Origin: Octopus sinensis | Taxonomy: Eukaryota | NCBI RefSeq assembly: GCF_006345805.1 | Contig: NC_043000.1 | Coordinates: 104,780,001 to 104,844,000 of the forward strand | Reading direction: 5' to 3' | DNA length: 64,000 nt | Part shown: positions 12,615 to 24,915 of the stretch, piece after piece | Layout: every line of letters begins with the position of its first letter | How positions within the stretch are numbered: the first letter of the stretch is position 1 | Notes under the pieces: model-generated | Seen by the model: only the letters and a program-made list of their open reading frames with translations | Databases searched by the model: none | What the model was told of the DNA's origin: nothing | Translations under genes and position numbers: made by a program

Positions 12615-14299
12615 GTATTTGTGTTAATGTTGTTATCATTTGGGGGAGATTTCTGCTATGTTCTTTTCGACTAGATTGTAGATTTATACGTGTTTTGACT
12701 CCATAATTCCATTTTTAAATACTGTCTACATAATTTCTTTCTCTTCTCATTTTAGTAACACATCACTCGTATTACTAATTGTTATTCGTATAGTTTCGTA
12801 GTGTTATAAACATATCACATGTAATTTTGGCTAGGAAGCCAAATAGTAATATAAAAGTTTTTAAATATTTGTATATAAAATCCTCCTAAAACACATATAC
12901 ATAATTTTTTAAAGTTTTTTTAGCCTCCCTGTTAGTCCTCATCCTGTTACCTATGTTGGTTGATGTTCCAATTTCCTATTATAATCTCATGTAGGATTTC
13001 AATATATCCCATGTGTCGTCACTTTTAATATGAATGGAGGATTACATTATATCCTATGTGTCCTCATTTTTAAAATGGTAATGTATTATTTATTAATTCT
13101 ACCATTTCGATCGACCACGTAGAGCATCTGTGAACTCATGTTGTTTTCGTCCCATTTGTTTCAAGGGAGATGACTCTCAGCATCAAATTCGAGATCGAGA
13201 TACTATGACGGTCATACTTTTTCCAAAATATTTGCAACGTAAATGAGACGAAATATTAAATAAGATAGGAATTCGAGACAGTGCATAGTTTTAATTCAGT
13301 TAGATATTACATTTACGGTCTCGCTATCGTATAATGTTTAACCTATAAAGCATTGAGATTTGCACTTACATAGCATGGACTGCTGAGCACGTTTTATGAA
13401 ACTGAGACTACCATACACACATAAAAAAAAAATATTAAAATATCTTCTTAGTATATAATGGTGACAAGTTTTACATCATCTGAAAAGTCAGTTGAACTTT
13501 TAGTCCTCTTGCATTCTGGTGGGTATCGGAGCGTTTGAGTGACATTAAACCTCTACAAATGCCCATAAATTAAATGCGTCTATCTGGGCCACGATCGTGG
13601 CTTTCGACCTGTGCTTGACGACCACGATCGTGGCCCGTCGCGCTTTATGTGTTAAGTTAACAGTAGGATCCGAGATATTTAGTGACGGCCACCGTTGGCA
13701 ATTAGAGAATTTAAACGGGACACAAGTGCTATAAGTCGGTTTACTTTGAAGAAAATGAAAAGTCTAATGTGCAGGACAGTATCTTTTGTAATGTAACAAA
13801 ATAATTTTTATTTCGCATTCGAATTGTTTATAAATGTAAAATGTTGCCCTCTAAATATTATGTATGTATGGACAGGTGGACGGGTATGATTTTGAATTGC
13901 ATCCGGTAGTGAGACTCTGGTACTCTGTTTCAGGGTTTTGCTGAGTGTGGAGCCACTATCATTTCCAGGTCTACTCTTACCTGGAGTAGTAGCACCTGTT
14001 AGGCTCCCAGCTATAGTTTAATTAACATGTGAACCACTGGGAGTGAAGGACCCTTAGTTTTCATTAGAACTTCTTTCTAGAAGAGAAACTCATATACAAA
14101 AATTCTGAAATGCACTTATTTCTGGTCGCCTCAACCTCTTTTGTCTCACCCTTGTTACAGCTGTTTGCATTGAAAAGTGGATTCATTGCTGTGCAACACT
14201 TTATCTACTCAAAACAAATTCATGTACCGGAACTTCTTAGACTCTCAGAAAGTTTGCATGGACTTACTGGAGTGAATGAGTATGTATGTGTGTATGTAA

Positions 14300-14381
14300 T
14301 ATTTCAAGATTTCTTGCCAATAGAGAAAGAACTGGTTTCTTCTTTGGAATTTCAACATCAACAACAGGGTATTTTTGTTTG
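14300..14381 (-). mobile_element. Short 3'-end derivative of the R4/Dong-like element (internal deletion)
   Basis: tttcaagatttcttgccaatagagaaaga..ttggaatttcaacatcaacaacagggtatttttgtttg is homologous to 44965-45080 and 46367-46483, and is flanked by TATG-type repeats. Confidence 0.7.
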
Positions 14382-14390
14382 TATATATGT

Positions 14391-14600
14391 AGGCGTGGGC
14401 ATGGCTGTGTGGTTAGGGAGCTTGCTTCCTAACTACATGGTTTCGGGTTCAGTCCCACTGCGTGGCACTTTGGGCAGGTGTCTTCTACTATAGCCCTGAG
14501 CCAACTGGAGCTTTGTGATTGAATTCGGTAGGCGGAAGTTACTGCCATGTGTGTATGTGTGCATATAGCTGCTCAGTGCCTCTCCGAAAGAGAGAGAGAG
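14391..14600 (+). mobile_element. tRNA-derived SINE
   Basis: A-box-like ggctgtgtggttag and B-box-like ggttcagtccc, body nearly identical to 30826-31020, (AG)n tail. More diverged copies at about 2830-2950 (-), 40060-40160 (-), 63139-63290 (+) and 63580-63690 (-). Confidence 0.8.
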
Positions 14601-15852
14601 GGTATGTATACAACGTGTGTGTGTGTGTACAGTGTAAATATAGTGACTATGTCACACATTTCAGGACATGCAGGTGTAATTGATTGAATAGATGTACTGT
14701 ACTTAATTTGTACTTATTTTAATCAACCATGAAGGTTTGAGAAACAGTTTACTTGACACTATTTGGAGGAAAACTTAATGTTAAAAATATGTCGTGTCTG
14801 AATGGTTTATTTGTTCGCATAGATTCATAACCTTATTAGGTAATTTTATCAAGAAAATAAACCAACAGTAAAACTTGGAAGTAAATATAAAAATTATTGC
14901 AAAATACTAATTTCCATACCTTTAGAAGAATTCACTCCACTGCAAGGATTCAGGCTAAGTGTCTGATTCTCTGCTTCCCACCAGCTACAGAAATCTTGTA
15001 AACAGGTCATCGGTACTTCTTTACTCCTCTGACAAAGTTATGTATGTATGTTTGAATAAAGAAATAGAGTAATCTGCAAATCATTTGCTTAATTTGTGCA
15101 GTTAACACAGGTGGTTTGATGTCAAAGTGAATTTAATCCAGTAAGAATAATGTTGATAATAAATAACTATTATAACATTAAGGAATAATTTAATACTGTG
15201 GTTTTATTCCAGGTTAGCCTTGATTGAATATATATATGATCAAAAGCATTCAAGCCATGACTACCTCATTATTTTAGGGATGTCTAGGACTACATTATTT
15301 AATGTTAGTGTCTGTTTTGTATGATAGTAGGTTGAGATTTGGGAGAAATTTGATTGCTATTTTTATAAGTGTGAGTGATTAAGTATTGACTCTCTTGGTG
15401 ACTTGTTAATACAGAAGATAGGATAAAATCTGAGAAAACAGATGATGATGTGCAATTAGTCTGTTAAAGAGTTTGATAAGTCCATTTAACATGTGGAGTA
15501 AATAGTTGATTTAAGTTACAGTTACCATTTTACTAACCAAATACATCTTGGTGTGTGTGTGTGTGTATATTTAATATATACATACATGCATACATACACA
15601 TATAGACACACACACACACACACATGAGGGGGTGCTGAAAAGTTCCTGGCTTTAAGAGTATTGCGAAAGGCTGGGTTGGAAGCCCAACTTTTCTAAGCCC
15701 TGTTTTTTACAGGGCTTAGAGAAATTGTAGGACTGCTGCAATATATGTGTGAATCTGAGAGGGGAATTTGTTGAATAAAATCATAATTAACTGATCCTCC
15801 TGTGCTTTCTTTTAATCAAACCCTGGGACTTTTCAGCACCCTATGTAAATAT

Positions 15853-15905
<53 letters not shown>

Positions 15906-18900
15906 TACATACACATTCATCTATCCATCTGTCATGGAAGATATAACAATTAGATATCATTTTTCATTTCTACACATGATTTTAGTGGCATGAATGAAAC
16001 CTCTATTTGACAAATTAAAAGCTTAGGAAATTCATAAGCAATCTATTCCATAAGTTGTATCAAACAAATTGTGAAGAAATATGTATCACTAACTATCACT
16101 TAAATGAATACTTTGTATTATATAAATAGGGAAAAATTGTAACATCTTTACAGATGAGATCCCACGACTGAAGTTTGTCCTTTGTCTTTTTGAAAATCAT
16201 AGCTTGTTGAATTGATAAAGTATTTAGCTAGTGATCAAAGGTCAAAGATGTATTTTTGACAAAAAACACTTAACAGATTCATATTTCACTTGGCTGTAAA
16301 CAGGCATTACAAAGGAAATATCTGTTCATTGTCACTAGGTGTGGTCTTAACTTTTCTGAAACAGTTTTGGCTTTTTTATATGTATGGCTGCTATGAAAGA
16401 TTTGAAACTCTAAAACCATGTACCTAAATGTCATAGCTAGGTGTGGTTCATTAATAAAGAGAAAGTAATGTTGCTAAATAGATCCCACAAAACATGTAGT
16501 GACTCTGTAATGGTGTTGTTAAAAGAAACTAGGTTGTCTTGTACCCATTACACGATGGTCTCTGGTTATAGAAGTCTAGTGTGAAGTAAGATTGTTGATG
16601 GATGATGCCTGTGTGTGTGAAAGATAAAGGAGAAAAAAAATAGTATCATCTGTATAACTGTGTGATTAGAAACAACAGCAGACAGATTATTGATGTAGAG
16701 AAGGAAGAGTATTGGAGTCATAACCAAACCCCAAGTGACATCAGTGTTAATAGAATGTGAGTTAGAGAGAACTTATTGACACATGGTGATCTGACATGAG
16801 AGACGAAAGGAAAACTTTACCAGAATGTTCTCATATCAGATATAGATGAAGCCTTGGTATCAAGGTCAACAACACTGTTTTTGCTGAAGTTTTCAAGGGT
16901 TTGTGAGTACTGGTAAAATGACATTAAAAACGTATCTCTACAATTTTTTTTTTTTTTAATAAGACTGATCAGTGGCTGGAGTTGTCACTATAGTTATTAT
17001 GAAGAATCCAACTCACTCCCTAATGAATGCTCACATCAAATTCATTTTCAGCTAATTTAAATTCCTCAGTTAGCTTCCCCTACCTCTCATCCAATATCTA
17101 TAATTATGTTCAGTTGTAATTTACGTTGATTGAAATGTTTTTGACTCACTATATTATGTTAGCACTGAGTTAAATGTTTGTTCTTCATAAAAAAGGCATC
17201 CCTAGAAATATCCCTCTGTCATTCTTTTGTTTCTTCCATATGATTTCCTTCAATCATGTGGATCCATAAAAATGAGCAGTGATAAACCAAAGTGTAATTA
17301 GATATTGTATCATAATTAATAAATGAAATTTAGACAACATTTATCAGCTCTAATTGACCAAAGGTGTATTAGACATTATCCAACATGTAGTTTCTTTTCT
17401 TAAGACAGTAGATTGTAATTCAAGGGAGATTTGGTGCTATTTCTGGAAAATAGAGTAACTCATTACTGCTTCAGTGGCTCATCACTAATTATCATGTAGA
17501 GCAAAAATATATTTTGAAGGTGGTGCTCCGGTATGGTCTTAGTTACAATGACAACAACAAACTAAAGGTCTGTTGATATGATGACATTTGGTATTTTTTA
17601 TTCTTGGAACTGATACTGCACCCCAACACTACTAGTGAAATTAATGCCATTAAAATCGACTAGTTAATTTCAGAGAGTGAATGTCTGGGGTTCTGGGGTG
17701 AAAAGACTGGGCTCTTCAAAGAGCAGAGGCCATCGAAGTCATCATCATCATTTAACACCCAATTTCCATGCTGGCATGGGTTGGATGGTTTGACTGAAAA
17801 CTAGTAAGCCAGAGGACTGCACCAAGTTCCAATCTGATTTGGCAAGGTTTCTATGGCTGGATACCCTTCCTAACCCCAACCACCCCAAGAATGTAGTAGG
17901 TGTTTTTTACATGCTGCCGGCACAAAACAGAGAGAGAGGAGACAGCATATCTGTGAACTTGATACAGAAGTGTGTTTGTGAGTCACTTGAGGCCCATTAG
18001 TTGACTGGACATCAAGGATATCTCAGTGTGTAGCAGCAGCCCCATCCTGGTTATGGGGCAGTACTCCATTGTGAGTCTCATCTGAGCTTTGTTAGGGCTA
18101 GTAGTTACTGGGAGTTGAAGTATTGGCTGGCATTGAAGAGAAGAGCAAGTTCTTTGACATTTTGGTCACAAAATAAATTCACTGTTGATTAAAAAAGGTT
18201 TTCATCCATGGTATTTATCAAGAGAACCATCACTTCTAAAAAGAAAATACTAAATTACTGAAAACACAATTCAGTATATTACAAATTGTAGGTTTTGTTG
18301 TGTATGTGAAACAGTAAGTTGTCTAATACACTTCAATGAAATAAGCATTCTACATTCAGTGAGGTTTTTAATATAAGATGAGGGAGCCTGATATGACTGC
18401 CTATGTCTGTGCATATACTGTAGTGAAAATATATATTCTGGTAATGGTATCAAGCAATAGTCACAAAAGATTTCATTTAAAAAATTGAGTTTTAATTGTA
18501 TTTAAAGCAAATAATGGGCATCCAAGTGCAACATGTACTTATGTATTCATTGACTAGCAGCCATATTCTCTCTTTGAAATATGAGAATAATGAAGCTAGT
18601 TCTGAATTCTGTAGCAATCAGAAATATTGATTTTAATTGTATTTATATTGTATTTTATTATTAAATCTTTATATGGATTTTCTCTTATGAAATTCTTTAT
18701 ACTATATCTGAAAATAAGACAGGAGTGGTTATGGTCATGAGTATGTTTTAGAGTTGACACTGTTTGCTCACAATGTTAATATCTCTCTTGCAGAAGAAAC
18801 ACTGTTTTTAACCTTATAAGTTTCCATTACAATTAAGTAAGATTCAGAGAGAGAGAGAGAATGAGAGTTAATAGATTTTATTTACCAGTACTGTGGCATG

Positions 18901-19264
18901 GTGAAAGTGTGTAACCTTATGGATAGGTGTTTAGTTCATAACCAAAAGGCTGTGGGTTCCTTTTGAGGATTGGGTAAAATATTGTATCCTTGAACAAGAC
19001 ATTTTATGTCATATGGCTTCAGTCTACTCATCTGTAATGAATATTGATTTCAAATTTTGGCACAAAGCCAGCAATTTTGCGGGTCGGGGTAAGCAGATTA
19101 CATTGGCCCCAGTACTCACCTGGTGCTTATTTTATCAACCTCATCAGAATTTAAACTCAGAATGTGAAGATGGACGAAATGCTGCTAAACATTTAGGGCA
19201 GCTTTTTAATGATTCTGGCTGCTCACTGCTTTTCCCTTATTAAATATTACCTATGTGCTGGTAC

Positions 19265-19410
19265 AACTCTCTCTCTCTCCTTTTCTCTCCTCTCTCTTCC
19301 CTTTCTCTCTTTTCTTCTTTCCTCTCTCTCCTTTGCTCTCTCTCTCCCCTTTGCTCTCTCTCTCTCCTTTTCTCTCCTCTCTCTCCTTTCCTCTCTCCTC
19401 TCTCTCTCCA
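19265..19410. repeat. Compound (CT)n polypyrimidine tract
   Basis: About 145 bp of C/T only on the plus strand. Confidence 0.9.
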
Positions 19411-19776
19411 GCATCTTGGATATTCCATCGGGTCAAGAATGAAAGGCCAAGAATGTGTCTATGTCTACTCATGATTACATAAGCACTTCAAATAATTAAC
19501 AAAAGCATAGTACATGTTACCAAACTATACTTCTTCACAGGTAATAACTATTGTGCTTTAATGTGGAATAAGCAAAACCTCAAAACACAGTTATCAGTGA
19601 AGGAGCTACTACAAGTAATAAAATGTGCCTCTGACATCTTTGAGAAATGTACAGAGATCACAGTCATCTGATTTCCGTACTTTTAAAAATTCTCAGGCTT
19701 CATATCTTTGCAAAAAAACAAAAAAATCCTTATTTCATGTTGTGTACTTTATATCTTATTTTCCCTCCTCTTGCAG

Positions 19777-19910
19777 TGCTTCAGGTTGTTGCCAACAGCA
19801 ACAGCAGCAGCCATTAGACATTCCAGTGCAGGGGCCAGAGCTGAACCATTAGTTCTGAGGAATCTAGAAAATGGCATTCTGACGCTGACTCTCAATAATC
19901 CACCCAAAAG
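19777..19910 (+). CDS. ECHDC3: ECHDC3 exon 2
   Basis: ttgcag|CFRLLPTATAAAIRHSSAGARAEPLVLRNLENGILTLTLNNPPK(R)|gtaata, ends in phase 2. Confidence 0.92.
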
Positions 19911-20083
19911 GTAATAACCACTACATTTAAATACACTTTTTAAATAGATACCTATGCTTTCATCATCGTCATCTCATCATCATCATCATTTTTACAGATG
20001 TTGTTGTTGTCTTTAACTCCAGATCAGCCCTGCTAGAGCTGACATATGACTATATTGTCATTTTAGCAGTAGCTACGAGGTAA

Positions 20084-20415
20084 AGACCCCCTTCGGTCAT
20101 GATTGACCATGGGATTGCATTTAGAAAGTTTCCCTCCAATACACAAATCGAGACAAGGTTGTTTATGGAAGACCAGCAGTCGCCCATGCATACCAGCCTC
20201 CCCTCGCCATGCCACCGATGTTATCCAAGTGAAAGGCAAAGGCCAATATAGCTTGGCACCAGGGACATTGCAACTCATTTCTATGGCTGAGTGAAATGGA
20301 GCAACATGAAATAAAGTATCCTGTTCCAAGAACACAACATGCAGCCTGGTCTGGAACATCGAACTCACAGTCTCATGACTAAGCCTGACGCTCTAACCAC
20401 TGAGCCATGTGCCTT
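20084..20415 (-). mobile_element. tRNA-derived SINE with CORE-like central segment (antisense copy)
   Basis: Reverse complement aligns along its length with 33752-34086. Confidence 0.8.
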
Positions 20416-20929
20416 CATTAGCAGTATTTACAACTGCATCTTTATCTAATGGGGCAGTCTTTCATTTGAGGTAGATTACTACTAAATGAGTCTGAAGGAT
20501 ACAGAAACAGTCATTACATGAGTAATTGTGATGGAGTGGTTAAAAGACAATGAAACGGATTTATTACCCAATGAGGGAGCCTCTATGTGGTCGTTTGACA
20601 TGCTAAATATAGCAGCTAAGTTACTTAAATCACACCCTACCTTGTTAGGAAAATATCTAACACGTTGATAACTCATATGGAGGCTATCAATTTATTTGTA
20701 TTATTTTCCCTTCACTGGGTATTGGGAATTAATTTGTGCCACATGCCAGGTGAATAGACTCTGGTAAATTTTCTACCTGGAGCCATGTTATTACAAAACA
20801 AGTTTCTGGACCACAAAACCATACTTAAATACCATGTATATATTATAACATTATATAGTATTACACCTATCTTACATAGAGTACTGTCACTCGAAATAAA
20901 CACTTATGTAAACTGGACAATAAGCACCA

Positions 20930-21260
20930 AACATGGAGCAACATGAGATAGTGTTAAATACTTAGAGACATGGAGCAGTGAAAGGTACATTAGGAACATA
21001 ACTTGGATAGGTTTTGGCCAGTATAGATCCAGGCCATGTCTAACTCAATAGCGGAGAAAGGTAACATAGTCGAGAAACATGAAGTGGTTATCTGAAAAAT
21101 ACAGAGAAATGTAACATACATGAGAAATATGGAACAGAAGCCGAGTGATATATCTGAAAACATGGAGCACTAACATACATAAAAAACATGGAGGAATGTA
21201 GCATTCCTGAGACACAAGGAGTAGTGTAACAAAACCAAGAAACATGGAGCAGTAAGACTA
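20930..21260. repeat. Degenerate minisatellite with core (g)aaacatggagca
   Basis: The core recurs about 8 times at irregular spacing. Confidence 0.6.
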
Positions 21261-21329
21261 CTCATAATAATAATACTGACACATTAACTACTACTGTTAC
21301 TGTTACTGGTTGTTGTTGTTAAGCAACAA

Positions 21330-24300
21330 GATGGGTAAGGGTGATTAGGTAATGGTCTAGGGCTTAGGGTTGGGAGACCCCAGAACTTGGAAAAAAAAAA
21401 TGGTCGTTTTGTTGTAGTTGAGGGCTCTTCGTTGATGCCTGACGCCACTGGGAGGTGGCCCTCAAAGTTGCTGGAAATGGAGATCTCCAGGTCCAAATTC
21501 TTGAATGGCTGTTGCTGCTACTACTACTACTACTACTACTACTACTGCTCAATGATCTCAGGTCACTAAATGTCAGTGTGGTGGCCATCAGTGAAACCAG
21601 GCTCTCCAACCAACAAGCATTTATGCCCATTTTCGGTGGATAAGAGATCGTTTTGATCTCCATGCCAGCCAGGAATGGGAGGTGGAACTGCTGTGTTGTT
21701 CCACAGAGGCCTGGATCTCAAGATAAAGACTATCTTCCTGGACCCAGAAGGTAAGTTGGTGGTCCTGGATGTGAGCAGTAGTGACAGGGGTGCCTTCAGG
21801 CTGGTGACTGTCTCTTCCAACAGGAGCAGGGCAGCCAGACTTCTTCAGATGCTTGGAAATTTTTCTGGGAATGTCTCATCCTTTAGTGCTTATGAACGAC
21901 TGGAATGCTGTCTTAGAGCCTGTGGGGATCATGTGGGGCTAGCAGATAGAGAAGGTGGGTGCAAAAACCTCACAAACCTGCTCAGATGTTTTCAACTGTC
22001 TGACAGGTATCAGCTGGATTTCCCGAATGCACTAGTTTGGGCCTGGTCTAGCCACAGCAGGTCATCCAAGTCGTATTTAGATAGAATTTCCTGTAGGCCA
22101 GTAGATAGGAATAGTGTAAGTTGTCCACTTTTTAAAATCATTGCCAACACAGACCACAAATTTGTGACCTGTATGGTTGACTAAGAGTGCATAGACAAGA
22201 ACCCAGTTACTGGAAGTTGAACGCCTCATTCCTGGCATGCCAAGCTTACAGAGACTGGATTAATGAATTAGTTAAGTGAGCATTAACGGGGTCAATACTT
22301 AACAATAAATGGTGGTATGCCCTGAAAAGGGCAATTAGAATAGAATCGATTAGATTTAGCAAAATTCTAGCTATAGAAAAATATAAAATAGAAGGATAAC
22401 CAGTTAGGGACTTAGAAGAGGTGCTTAGTTGAGGCATTGCAACCAATGTGCAGGCAGCAAGATTGGTCCTTGACCAGTTCTTTAATGCTAAGCATGAAGG
22501 ATGCATTGTCAGAGCTAAGACACATAATTTAAGAAATGTGGGAATTAAAGCTGCTCAATGGACCTGAGTGGCAGAGGCTCAATGTAGCAACAAAGCCATA
22601 ATTCGGTCTCTAGTGGACCTGGGTTGGTGCATGATACTTGAGCCTGAACAGATGTGTGTAGCATTTCAGTGGCATTTTGCCCAACTGTTTAGGACAAGTG
22701 GCAATCTGGAATGCAGGATGGACTTTAGTGTCTACCTCGATGGCATGCCATGACTGTCATCAGGTGGGGTGTGACATAGCAAAATGTTGATAACAGCTAT
22801 GGAAATACAGGATGTGATAATGGGCTGCACAGGGTGCATATTACCTGGTTTGGATAGTCTGCGCATTGAGCTTTACTATTGTATGCCAGATTTGTTTGGC
22901 GACCTCTTAGTAGACATCTACCACAACTGGCAGCAGAATGGGAGAATTCCTAGTGTTGTGAGACAAAGAGTGGTGGCACTGCTGAGAAAGAACCCTAACG
23001 AGGTGGATCAAATAGAAAATTTTCAGCCCATAACAATAGGATTGACCACCAATACTTGGCAGCTGTCCTCACAGCAGCTGGTTTCAGTCTCACGTTTCTT
23101 GGCTGGATCACAGCAATGTCCAGTGACATCTGCTTGGTAGTTGGGGTGAATGGTTACCTATTAGAACCATTTAGCATAGTGCATTCAGTCTTTCAAGGGT
23201 GTCCTTTCTTGTCTCTCCTGCATGTGATGGCTCTAGACTCAGTACTGCAGCAATTGGAGGCATTGAGAGGTATCCTGCACGAACTAGGATGTGGGAGAAC
23301 TGTGTCGGTATATGCAAATGATGTCACTATCATAGTGTTAAACACTGAGCACATAGACCTGGTCGGCACAGCTCTAAGAGAATATGAAGTGGTGACAGGA
23401 GCAAAAATTAATCAGAAGTCAGTAGCCTGCAACTTGGCACCTGGAGAAGTAGGTCCATACCTTCCAACAGTGTCGTGAGATGCTGGACAGAACGATCTGT
23501 TAAATTGCTTGGGGTCTGGTTCAATCAAGATCTCCAGGTGGAGAAGAACTGGGATGAGGCGGCATGCAGGGTGGTCAATCTCACCCAGAAATGGTTTGAG
23601 AGAAAGCTATCCCTGAAAAATCAGGCAGAGGCAGCGAATACTTACACAGCATCCATCATCTACTACTGCCTCACCATTGTGCTCTGACTTGGTTTGAGTC
23701 TAACCAGACTGAAGTGCCTGGTATTCTGCTTTCTGTAGAAGGGACACGTTCCACTGGTCAGGCGCTCCATTTGCTCTCAACACCTGCTAAATGGAGAGCT
23801 GGGCATGCTGTGGCTGTTGATGCGCAGACATGCATTGAAGCTGCAGCATCTCCAGTGCTTCCTAGATGGTGAGCAGGTGTGGTCACCATTTGTCAGATGC
23901 AATTTCCCACTGTTTGTCTCTTTGACTGAGCTGTGGTCCTGAATCAAGCATAAACTGAGGAAGGGCATCTGACACCTAGAGTGTTGTCAGGCGCTCACAC
24001 TCTTCTGTCAGTTAGGCAATCAGTCAGTGGAAATTCCACTGACATTCTATAGAGGATTAGAGATGGGTAAGTAGATATGACGTTCTTGGGTCGACTCTGG
24101 GCATTGACAAGAACAAGTTGGTTGATCTGTTCCAGAGAACTTTTGGGCCAGGGCCTATGGATAATTTCCAGAAATCCTTGGCCTGGCAGTGCTACGAGGG
24201 GGCACTACCTGTTCGAGATATCTCTACAGGCACGGAAGTGCAGTCAGCCCAGCTTGCTTGAGATCCATGCAGAGTGACGAAACTGCTTTGCACACTCTCG

Positions 24301-24915
24301 TCCAGTGCCCAATTATTTCTGAATTGTGGGTTTATGTCAACCACCTGCTGTCAGGTGTAGGATGAATCTGGCTCTTGGCTGAGCCCATCATGAGGATAGT
24401 CATGCCACCTTCCTTTGGCAGAGAAGGGTAGGCTGTTTTTGTTTACCTGGTGGCCTTAGCAAAAGAGGTTGTGTGGTGGACCAGGTTGAAAGGGATAAAG
24501 ACAGATACTTTTCTCTTTGGCCAAGCCCTCATTAACTTTTTCAAATTTCTCTTGAAAAGGAAAGTGGGGGTGGAAGGGGAAGTTCTGTTAAAAGGTGGGT
24601 GAATGTCACAAGAATGGCCCAAGTGAATGGGCCTACTCTAAGCATGCACCTGTAGATAAAGTAAAAGGGCACTTACCCTAGTGGTCAGGACTGTTGTGGA
24701 CTTGCAGGATTTTCACGAGCAGTCCTAGGAATCTCCCTCTTATTCGATTATTGTTTTTGTTTTCCATTGTTTACACAACTTTCATGTAACCCCACATTGT
24801 ATTTGTTCTGTGTTGCTCATAATGTTTTTTTTATGTAAACCCTTAGTAGTTAATAAAGAAATCATTATTATTATTACTATCATTATTATTATTATCATTA
24901 TTATTATTATTATTG
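21330..24915 (+). mobile_element. Degenerate Tx1-type (L1 clade) LINE, copy 1, sense in ECHDC3 intron 2
   Basis: APE remnant VVAISETRL..GGGTAVLF..GKLVVLDV..SYLDRI..TDHK, a PSYWKLNASF linker, RT QGCP..YANDVTII, and a C-terminal CCHC remnant. 3' end AATAAAGAAATC(ATT)n at 24852. The ORF2 start is replaced by a (CTA)n tract. Confidence 0.85.

Noticed and set aside
14391-14470. tRNA-like heads with A and B boxes (also 33752 and 37183)
   Set aside because: They continue into SINE bodies and I could not fold a full cloverleaf, so they are not tRNA genes.
19209-19482. Overlapping L/S-rich and R/E-rich ORFs
   Set aside because: Translation of the (CT)n tract.
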